A DNA stretch of 43,842 nucleotides, from positions 35,821 to 79,662 of the forward strand of contig DOKE01000011.1 in assembly GCA_003510895.1 (NCBI GenBank). The letters run 5' to 3'. Source of the DNA: Candidatus Moraniibacteriota bacterium (GTDB taxonomy: Bacteria > Patescibacteriota > Minisyncoccia > Moranbacterales > GWC2-37-73). Positions 37,496 to 43,842 of this stretch are shown piece by piece; position 1 is the first letter of the stretch, and the number at the start of each line of letters is the position of its first letter. Both the position numbers and the translations under genes were made by a program. A model generated the notes under the pieces. It ran no database searches, was not told the origin of the DNA, and was given only the letters and a program-made list of their open reading frames with translations.

Positions 37496-38656
37496 ATGTC
37501 AAAAATAAAAAATATTATAATTGGTTTTGGTATTTCTTTGATAACCTTCTTAATTTTATTTTTTGGAACAGAATTTTATTTCAGGTTATTTAATCCTCAA
37601 ATAAAAAGTTTTCTTAAGCCCGATTTAGTCTTAGGAACAAAACATATTCCAAATATGATATTGGAGGAATCAGATTCTTGTGTAGAAGCGATTTTTAGCT
37701 TTAACTCGGAAGGAATGAGAGATATAGAACATTCAATTGAAAAACCGGAAGGGGTATATAGAATTGCGATTATTGGAGATTCTTATGTTGCAGCAATGCA
37801 TTATAATTTTGAGGATGCATTTTTTAAACAAATGGAATCAAATTTGAATAAAAAAGGAAAACGTGTCGAAGTATTATCTTTTGGAGTTTCTGGTTTCGGT
37901 ACTGCCCAGGAGTATTTGCTTTTGCGAGATTATGCTTTAAAATATTCTCCTGATTTGGTGATACTTTCTTTTTTTTCAGCTAATGACATTAGAAATAATT
38001 CTTTTGAATTGGAAAAAAGTCCGAATATGCCATATGCTTCCTTGGATAATTCCGGCAATTTATTTTTTAATGATTTTAAAATATCTAATTCATATTTAAA
38101 TCAATATAATAGCAAATTGAGAACTTTATTCTTTGATAAATTACACGTGGTTAGATACATTTACAGGCTTTCAAACAAATCAATCCCTTTTAGAAATTTA
38201 CTTGCTAGATTTAATTTGCATACCCAAACAGAATCAACTGAAAAATCGACCGACAGTTATGCTGTGTATTTCAAGGATATTCCTTTAGAATGGGAGCAAG
38301 CGTGGAAAACTACCGAATCATTAATTTTAAAAATAAAAAAGGAATCGGAGGATAATGGGGTTGGATTTTTGTTATTTTCTCTTTCCAATCCTGAACAAGT
38401 TTCTCAAGAATTGTTTAGTCAGTTGGAAAAATCTCACGAGGGAATAGAATTAGATAAATATGAACCGGAAAAAAGACTTTTAGAATTTACAAATAAAAAT
38501 AATATAAAGTATTTGTCTGCTCTTTCCGCGATGGAAAGTTTAAATTATCAGAAAATTGTCGTACATCCTTCTTGTCATGAGCACTGGTCAAAAGAGGCAA
38601 ATCATTTAGCAGGAAATTTATTATCCGATTATATTTTAAAAAATATTTTAAATTAA
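37496..38656 (+). CDS. membrane-anchored SGNH/GDSL-like hydrolase or acyltransferase
   Basis: N-terminal TM, block I YRIAIIGDSYVAA (GDS), and an ND-containing block LSFFSANDIRNN. Confidence 0.6.
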   Translation: MSKIKNIIIGFGISLITFLILFFGTEFYFRLFNPQIKSFLKPDLVLGTKHIPNMILEESDSCVEAIFSFNSEGMRDIEHSIEKPEGVYRIAIIGDSYVAAMHYNFEDAFFKQMESNLNKKGKRVEVLSFGVSGFGTAQEYLLLRDYALKYSPDLVILSFFSANDIRNNSFELEKSPNMPYASLDNSGNLFFNDFKISNSYLNQYNSKLRTLFFDKLHVVRYIYRLSNKSIPFRNLLARFNLHTQTESTEKSTDSYAVYFKDIPLEWEQAWKTTESLILKIKKESEDNGVGFLLFSLSNPEQVSQELFSQLEKSHEGIELDKYEPEKRLLEFTNKNNIKYLSALSAMESLNYQKIVVHPSCHEHWSKEANHLAGNLLSDYILKNILN

Positions 38657-38741
38657 AAAATGTCAGGAGAGCTAGATAAGATTAACGCTAATATTTCTTA
38701 GTATGTGTAATTTTATTTTAATTCTTGGATTAATATAGATT

Positions 38742-38903
38742 ATGAAAAAAAACACAGGGCTTCTAATTCAGGCATGTATTTTTTTAAAGGAAAAAAGAGC
38801 TTGGTGGATGGTGCCAATTATAATTATGATATTTTTTGTTGGAGCTCTTGTTATCTTTGCTCAAAGCAGCGCAATAAGTCCTTTTATTTATAGCTTATTT
38901 TGA
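38742..38903 (+). CDS. DUF5989-family (SxtK-like) small membrane protein
   Basis: This ORF is not in the supplied track (53 aa). My own translation is MKKNTGLLIQACIFLKEKRAWWMVPIIIMIFFVGALVIFAQSSAISPFIYSLF. It fits the DUF5989 pattern (KERKxWWxxPII...ApFIYxxF). Confidence 0.75.
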   Translation: MKKNTGLLIQACIFLKEKRAWWMVPIIIMIFFVGALVIFAQSSAISPFIYSLF

Positions 38904-39250
38904 TTTGGGTTTATTTCCTTTAAAGAATCCGTTCTTGTTATTGTTGAGATATTTTGTTCCAGTCTTTCAATAGCTGAAAGAAGCTTGAAAATCATCAAGA
39001 ATATTAAAAGAAATCCGGTTAGGATTACAGCATTTATATTTCCTTTTATGCCTATAATATTGGCAAGAAAATTTGTAAAAGATGGAAATAGGGCAACCAA
39101 TGCCATTCCTCCCCAAACCGCTATTCTGATGAAAAGTTTAAAAAATGTTTGCCCATTTTTTTTCTTAAAATAGTTAACGGATCCCTGATAAAGCATAATA
39201 GCGGCAACAACTACGATAATAATTTGATAAAGGTGGATTGTTGGGTTCAT
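38888..39250 (-). CDS. DUF2304 domain-containing membrane protein
   Basis: 120 aa with 4 TM helices and a C-terminal LLSAIERLEQNISTITR helix. It sits directly downstream of a GT2 gene, the usual DUF2304 context. Confidence 0.7.
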   Translation of the reverse strand: MNPTIHLYQIIIVVVAAIMLYQGSVNYFKKKNGQTFFKLFIRIAVWGGMALVALFPSFTNFLANIIGIKGNINAVILTGFLLIFLMIFKLLSAIERLEQNISTITRTDSLKEINPNQNKL

Positions 39251-39262
39251 AAAATTTTAAAA

Positions 39263-39958
39263 TTAAGCAATTATTTTCCAAATCATTTTGTAAACGGTTT
39301 TTATTCCATTTATAAGTCCTTGTTTTTGGAGTTTTCCCATTGAATATTCCGTATAGCGAACTTTAATTGGAATTTCTTTATATTTTAATTTATAAATATA
39401 AATTTCCTTAATTATCTCGCTGTCATATTCATAGCGATCGCCTTTGGTATTTATAACATCGGAGGCTTTTCTGGAATATGCTCTGAAACCTGATTGACTG
39501 TCTGTAACCCAAAGTCCATAGAGATACCAGGTGATTGCATTGCCAATTTTATTGTGCAAAATTTTATACCAGGGCATACCATCCGGATTCATAAGGCGAG
39601 AACCTAGAACAACATCACAATAATTGTTCACGATGGGATATACCAGGTTTTTTATGTCAGCCGGGTCATGTTGTCCGTCGCCGTCCATAGTCACGATTAT
39701 ATCCGCTTTCAGAATTTTAGCTGCTTCAATCCCTGTTTTGGTGGCGGCTCCTTTGCCTCGGTTAATTTTATGTCTCAGAGCGACAACATTCATTTCAGAG
39801 GCTTTTTTTTGGGTCTGATCGGCGCTTCCATCGTCAACTACAATGATGTTTTCGTAGCCAGCTTTTTTTATCTCCAGAATGACATCTTGAATGACCTTTT
39901 CTTCATTATAGGCGGGGATTACGATAAATATTTTTTTGCTTGGATAACTATTAGTCAT
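39263..39958 (-). CDS. GT2-family polyprenol-phosphate glycosyltransferase-like (DPM1/GtrB-like)
   Basis: IFIVIPAYNEEKVIQDVILEIKKAGYENIIVVDDGSADQT and MDGDGQHDP (DxD region). It is small (231 aa) and soluble. Confidence 0.85.
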   Translation of the reverse strand: MTNSYPSKKIFIVIPAYNEEKVIQDVILEIKKAGYENIIVVDDGSADQTQKKASEMNVVALRHKINRGKGAATKTGIEAAKILKADIIVTMDGDGQHDPADIKNLVYPIVNNYCDVVLGSRLMNPDGMPWYKILHNKIGNAITWYLYGLWVTDSQSGFRAYSRKASDVINTKGDRYEYDSEIIKEIYIYKLKYKEIPIKVRYTEYSMGKLQKQGLINGIKTVYKMIWKIIA

Positions 39959-39979
39959 TTATATTAAAACTATAATATT

Positions 39980-40008
39980 TTTATATATTTCTTTGTTTAT
40001 TGTAGCAA
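39980..40008 (-). promoter_or_regulatory. candidate sigma70-like promoter for the GT2-DUF2304 pair
   Basis: The minus strand reads TTGCTA (40008-40003), a 17-nt spacer, TATAAA (39985-39980), 21 nt upstream of ATG 39958. Confidence 0.4.
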
Positions 40009-40050
40009 ATAAAAAAAGAGCAGTAAATACTGACTATTTTTTTAAGTAAA

Positions 40051-40599
40051 TCACTGCATTGGGCTTCCGGTTTCCATTATTTCTTCCAGGATTCTATTGT
40101 GGCAGGTCTTGGCAATATTTTTATCCACGATTTTTTCACATAGGGAAAAATCCGTGTTTTTAATTCCCAGGTCTTTTAAGCAATAATCTTTTTTCAGTTC
40201 AGACAGTCCATCACATTCGGTTTTTTCAGTCGAGGGATTTTCAGAATCCGCCAAGCCGCAGACTTGTTTGCAATATTGGACATCTTCTTGATCTGTATAT
40301 TCAGAACAATTATTGTTGCAATCATCTTTGGTTATTTCCAAAAATTCATTCTCACTCTCATCTTCTGTGGAAAATTCCTCATCCTCATTTGAATTTTCTT
40401 CGAGCAATTCGGAATTGTTAGTGAAATCTTCTTGTTTTTTTGTTTCGGAATTATTTTTGTTTGAAGATTTTTCTTCGGAGTTTTCTATTGATGAATCATC
40501 GAGATAGCGTTTGTTTATCACGGGAAAAGCCCAAGCAATCAAACCGATTAGGGCAAGAAAAAAAACAAGCGAGAATATTTTTGAAAAACGAAAAGACAT
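40051..40599 (-). CDS. anchored or secreted acidic, Cys-rich protein, unknown function
   Basis: N-terminal hydrophobic helix, an E/S/N-rich acidic linker, and a C-terminal region with 10 cysteines in repeated C...C spacing (DYCLKDLGIKNTDFSLCEKIVDKNIAKTC). Confidence 0.55.
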   Translation of the reverse strand: MSFRFSKIFSLVFFLALIGLIAWAFPVINKRYLDDSSIENSEEKSSNKNNSETKKQEDFTNNSELLEENSNEDEEFSTEDESENEFLEITKDDCNNNCSEYTDQEDVQYCKQVCGLADSENPSTEKTECDGLSELKKDYCLKDLGIKNTDFSLCEKIVDKNIAKTCHNRILEEIMETGSPMQ

Positions 40600-40610
40600 T
40601 ATTTTTTTAG

Positions 40611-42062
40611 TTAATATTCTTTAACTAGATTTATGTCAGTGTAGTAGTAGTTTAGTATCTTTGTCCAATCCCAATTGTGATCTCTGGCTAAAATTAATGA
40701 TCCGTTGGCGGAAAGTCCAACCATATGGTTTCCATTGGCAGCCAGTTCGCAAGTGGAAAGGGAAGGATGTTTTCCATAATTGTCAGATACGCTGCTAAGT
40801 TCGGGATAGACTGAAGATTTCGTTCCGGTGGGAGTTTCGCAGGTATTGCCCCAATGACCATCTTCATATCTTCTGGTTTTACCGTCTGTCCATGAACCAT
40901 AAGCCGCCAGAGCGATATTGTTTCCGCTTTTCATTATGATTCCATTGGTTTTTTGGGCTAATTCTCTGATGGAAGTGTGGTCTTTTTCGTAATCATAACC
41001 TTGATAAATTTGTGATCCGGAGTTGGAAAGTAAATGAAATCCTTCGGCAGCCCATTTGGTCGCATATTCCATATACCATCTGCCATATGTTCGAAAAGCT
41101 CCAATCATAGTCTTGGTATGTTCTGTTATTCCTCCTCCCGCTTCTCCTAATCCCCAAACATAAAGCTCAAGAGGAAGTTCGTTGATGACCCAGATTCTGC
41201 GGGCGCTGCCTTCCTGTGTGTTATTGTCAGAGGTGTTACTGTGTTGAACTTTTATTTTTCCTCGATATTGATCATAAGATGAATTAGGACGATTAACATC
41301 AAAAATCATATTTTCATTGTCTCCATCGGAAGCCTGGAAACAAATTTTTTCTTCAATTTCCGTGTCGGGAATTACCAAATTGCTGTTATAGACCAAGAGA
41401 TGGCCATCTGAATCGTCGACATAGGTAACGCGGGCATTTTCTCCGGGAAGAATTTCTCCAATAATAGTTGAGCTGCAGTCGGTTATTTTGAAAGCTTTGG
41501 CAGATTCAATTTTTATTGGACTGGCAATTAAGTCGTCTTTGCTGTAACTCCAAAGACCAACGCGGATATTGGCGCCTCGATTATTGGTCACATTAGTTAT
41601 ATCTTTTAGAAATGCTTGGTATCTGTCGTAGCCATCTTTATAAGTATCGGAGCCATAATCTTTGTATTCTTTATATTGTTTGTCATTATATTTTTTGTAT
41701 TTTTTGTAGTCTTTATATTTTTTATTGGGAAGATAATTTTCTTTATATTTAGTATATTTTTTATACTCATCTTTTAGTTGAGCATATTGGGGAAAACGAG
41801 AAGGACTTTTTTTGTATTGACGATATTTGTCATAAGCGTCTTTATATTCCGCCCTTTCTTTGGCGCTTTCAAAAGCATATTTTTCTTTGTATTCCAAATA
41901 GTCCTTATATTTTTGGTAGTTGGAATATTTTTCGTATTCCTTATATTGCTCGTATTTTTGATGCAAGTCATAGTCCGAAGCGGCGGATTTGGAAGAAGGA
42001 AAAAACAAGAAGAAAACAAGAAGCAATAGCGAGGATATTTTTATATGTAAGCCGGTTTTCAT
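40611..42062 (-). CDS. SpoIID/LytB-domain protein with N-terminal Lys/Tyr-rich region
   Basis: Signal or anchor sequence (SSLLLLVFFLFFPSS). The C-terminal segment ELPLELYVWGLGE...MIGAFRTYGRWY...SQIYQGYDYE...TNGIIMKSGNNIALAAYGSWTDGKT fits the SpoIID stage II sporulation D-like amidase-enhancer domain pattern. Confidence 0.65.
   Translation of the reverse strand: MKTGLHIKISSLLLLVFFLFFPSSKSAASDYDLHQKYEQYKEYEKYSNYQKYKDYLEYKEKYAFESAKERAEYKDAYDKYRQYKKSPSRFPQYAQLKDEYKKYTKYKENYLPNKKYKDYKKYKKYNDKQYKEYKDYGSDTYKDGYDRYQAFLKDITNVTNNRGANIRVGLWSYSKDDLIASPIKIESAKAFKITDCSSTIIGEILPGENARVTYVDDSDGHLLVYNSNLVIPDTEIEEKICFQASDGDNENMIFDVNRPNSSYDQYRGKIKVQHSNTSDNNTQEGSARRIWVINELPLELYVWGLGEAGGGITEHTKTMIGAFRTYGRWYMEYATKWAAEGFHLLSNSGSQIYQGYDYEKDHTSIRELAQKTNGIIMKSGNNIALAAYGSWTDGKTRRYEDGHWGNTCETPTGTKSSVYPELSSVSDNYGKHPSLSTCELAANGNHMVGLSANGSLILARDHNWDWTKILNYYYTDINLVKEY
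41610..41978 (-). repeat. coding low-complexity Lys/Tyr-rich degenerate period-3 repeat
   Basis: In residues 29-151 of the 40611-42062 protein I count 29 Tyr and 28 Lys among 123 residues. Tyr often recurs every third residue (KYEQYKEYEKYSNYQKYKDYLEY, KKYKDYKKYKKY). Confidence 0.85.
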
Positions 42063-42072
42063 TTATTGTTTT

Positions 42073-42384
42073 TTAGAGATCATTTTCTATATCGGAAAGA
42101 TCTTCCAAATCAACATCTGTGGCTGAATTTATTTCTTCATCAATATTGCTTAGTTCGCTTTCAATAGCCGCTGTGTTATCGGCGGGAAGCGCTTCCAATT
42201 CATTTTTTGGTGTTTCAGTTGTTTTGCTGGTGTCTGTTTTAGGAAGAATTGTTTGTCTCGTTTTTATTTCATCGGATTGTGTGGAAGGAACATCTTTATT
42301 TATGGATGAATAAATAAAAAATATAACAGTAAGTGCTATCAATATTATCAAACCTGATACCAATAAAACTCTTTTTTTCGACAT
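42073..42384 (-). CDS. small N-terminally anchored acidic protein
   Basis: 103 aa with a TM (VLLVSGLIILIALTVIFFIY) followed by a T/E/D-rich tail. Confidence 0.5.
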   Translation of the reverse strand: MSKKRVLLVSGLIILIALTVIFFIYSSINKDVPSTQSDEIKTRQTILPKTDTSKTTETPKNELEALPADNTAAIESELSNIDEEINSATDVDLEDLSDIENDL

Positions 42385-42419
42385 ATTTTTGTTTTTTAGA
42401 AATATTTATTAAGAATTTT

Positions 42420-43139
42420 TTAATTTAAAATTTCAGTTTCAGCTGTCGTGGTTGTTTCGCTGGAAGGCGTTGTTGTGTCTGTTGTTTCGTTTTGTTTTAT
42501 TTTGTTTTTCGCTTTAATTTTAGCTTGTTCAGCTTCTTCTGCAATTTCGGCTTTGAGGGATTGCAACTCGGGCTTGATTGTTGAGTTGAAAAAATCTTTT
42601 ATAGCCGTGCGATCTTTTTTGATTTGAGCTGTTTTGGCGCGCGCCTCTGTGAATTGATTTTTAAATTCAACTTTTGTTTTTTCGCAAGCGGCGGTTTCAG
42701 TTCCTTTAAATTCCGTTGCGAAAGCGGCATAGTCTGTGTGAAGTTTTTCTATCATTGTGTTTAATGTTGCCAAATCAGTTTTGAGTTGGGTTGTATCCAG
42801 TTTCGCTTCATCAAGTCTTTGAACAAGTCTGGTCAGACGGGAATTCATATTAGCATAAACTGTCTGATACATTTTTCTGTTATTTTCAAGTTGACCGAAT
42901 TTGGTTGAAATTCTTTTTTGAGCAACTTCACATCTTTTTTGTTGCAGTTCTTCTTTTTTCGCGGCAATGTTTTCTTGCCATTCTGTTTTTTTCGCTTCGA
43001 TTGCGGCTTTTCTTTCTTCTAGAATATCAGCCTTGCTTTTGGCAGAATCTATTTGGTTATTTGCTTTTGTGATTTTTGTTTGAACCAGTATTATGGTCAT
43101 AAGCGCGACAACCATAAATAATGTTGTTTTTTTGTTCAT
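42420..43139 (-). CDS. secreted coiled-coil protein with Thr-rich C-terminus
   Basis: Signal-peptide-like N-terminus (TLFMVVALMTIILVQT), long heptad-like K/E/A/Q-rich helices, and a C-terminal TTDTTTPSSETTTTAETE. Confidence 0.55.
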   Translation of the reverse strand: MNKKTTLFMVVALMTIILVQTKITKANNQIDSAKSKADILEERKAAIEAKKTEWQENIAAKKEELQQKRCEVAQKRISTKFGQLENNRKMYQTVYANMNSRLTRLVQRLDEAKLDTTQLKTDLATLNTMIEKLHTDYAAFATEFKGTETAACEKTKVEFKNQFTEARAKTAQIKKDRTAIKDFFNSTIKPELQSLKAEIAEEAEQAKIKAKNKIKQNETTDTTTPSSETTTTAETEILN

Positions 43140-43165
43140 ATTTTTTGTTTGTATTAATTATTTTT

Positions 43166-43450
43166 TTAGGCGAATTTTTTTTCTAACCTTTCTACTTGAT
43201 ATGTGAGCGTGTTATGGTCGATTTTATCAACTTTTTTATTCAGATCAGCTTTAATGTTATTTACTGTTAGTTTTATTTCTGTAACATCAGTCTTGAGTGT
43301 CTGAACATCAGTTTCAACTTTGTCCAGCCTTTCTGTAACATTTTTAAAACCATTGTCCATTTTTTCATTAACCTCATTAAAACCTTTGGCAACCATTAAT
43401 GCCAAGTCGTCAAGAGTTATTTCTTTTTTTGCTTGTATTTTTTTATTCAT
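43166..43450 (-). CDS. small cytoplasmic coiled-coil protein, unknown function
   Basis: 94-aa ORF with no hydrophobic segment and heptad-like repeats. It is preceded by a perfect consensus promoter. Confidence 0.6.
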   Translation of the reverse strand: MNKKIQAKKEITLDDLALMVAKGFNEVNEKMDNGFKNVTERLDKVETDVQTLKTDVTEIKLTVNNIKADLNKKVDKIDHNTLTYQVERLEKKFA

Positions 43451-43456
43451 AATTAA

Positions 43457-43485
43457 ATTATACTATCGAGAAATTTTGATGTCAA
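43457..43485 (-). promoter_or_regulatory. consensus sigma70 promoter driving a leaderless transcript
   Basis: The minus strand reads TTGACA (43485-43480), a 17-nt spacer, TATAAT (43462-43457), then 6 nt (TTAATT) and ATG at 43450. Both hexamers and the spacing are consensus. Confidence 0.7.
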
Positions 43486-43498
43486 ACCCTTTTTTTGT

Positions 43499-43842
43499 TT
43501 ATGTGATTATTGCTTGCGATTTTTTGAAAACAAATTTTTTGCGCATAAAAAAATTCCAATTTAGAACCAGGGCGATGGCGATTAATTTGGAAAACATTAC
43601 CGGTACGCCAAGATTATCCACAAAAATCCAGAGAATAAGTTCTGTCCAGAGCAATCCTCCGATTCCAATCAGGGCGAAAAGAGAAAATTCTGTTTTCTTT
43701 TTTCTTGAACTTTCAAAAACAATCAGCGTGTTGATGGTGTAGTTGGTTGTTACGCCAGCCAAGAATCCGAAAGCGGCGGCAATTAAATAATTAACGCCGA
43801 GCAAATGATAGAAAATAAAGAGAATAACTAAATCGACAACGC
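43499..43842 (-). CDS. GtrA-family membrane protein (5'-truncated by window edge)
   Basis: ...NYTINTLIVFESSRKK...LIAIALVLNWNFFMRKKFVFK is the typical GtrA C-terminus. The reading frame stays open upstream of the track's TTG (43804) to the window end (VVDLVILFIFYHLLGVNY...). Confidence 0.75.
   Translation of the reverse strand, partial: VVDLVILFIFYHLLGVNYLIAAAFGFLAGVTTNYTINTLIVFESSRKKKTEFSLFALIGIGGLLWTELILWIFVDNLGVPVMFSKLIAIALVLNWNFFMRKKFVFKKSQAIIT

Noticed and set aside
39959-40050. Hairpin CAGT-AAAT-ACTG followed by a T-run as a terminator after the Cys-rich gene.
   Set aside because: The stem is only 4 bp. That is too weak to call, although the flanking T7 (A7 on the opposite strand) is suggestive.
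43320-43742. 140-aa plus-strand ORF.
   Set aside because: It is antisense to the 94-aa coiled-coil gene, the consensus promoter and the GtrA gene. It has no recognisable features.
1-43842. I searched for CRISPR arrays, tRNA or rRNA genes, transposases, integrases, phage genes and recognisable defence or toxin-antitoxin systems.
   Set aside because: I saw no regularly spaced direct repeats, no cloverleaf-like GC-rich segments in the very short intergenic regions, and no proteins with transposase, recombinase, nuclease or toxin signatures. Intergenic space is too small to hide structured RNAs longer than about 100 nt, except at 35105-35284.

Overview
Very AT-rich, tightly packed bacterial window using the standard genetic code (many ATGA and TAATG stop/start overlaps). 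Hand counts of single 60-nt lines give about 20-50% GC. I can support 45 protein genes (the last one 5'-truncated at the window edge). I found no rRNA, tRNA, CRISPR array, transposase or integrase. Almost everything encodes cell-envelope functions. (1) 1-14.8 kb: a GerMN/Gmad2 protein, a DUF45 metallohydrolase, GT4 glycosyltransferases, two GT-C-type membrane proteins each followed by an anchored extracytoplasmic partner, a membrane-anchored Clp/Hsp100-like double AAA+ ATPase with degenerate pore loops, a DUF4012 protein and a UDP-glucuronate-4-epimerase-like SDR. (2) 14.8-38.9 kb: a large glycan-modification island. It holds Gmd, a Wzx-like flippase, 6 Leloir glycosyltransferases, 9 SAM-methyltransferases, an AsnB-type amidotransferase, a 736-aa GT-C-like membrane protein, and a NodU/CmcH carbamoyltransferase module with small SxtJ/SxtK-like membrane proteins and an SGNH hydrolase. 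(3) 38.9-43.8 kb: a GT2 + DUF2304 pair, a run of secreted, anchored or coiled-coil low-complexity proteins that includes a SpoIID/LytB-like protein with a striking Lys/Tyr-rich segment, and a partial GtrA gene. Most starts I inspected lack a Shine-Dalgarno motif. Several operon-first genes have sigma70-like -10 boxes 6-7 nt from the ATG, which suggests leaderless mRNAs. By inference only, the gene content and style fit an uncultivated low-GC lineage such as Patescibacteria/CPR. The best candidate for something new is the hyper-methylating, carbamoylating, amidating glycan island, followed by the pore-loop-less membrane Clp-like ATPase.
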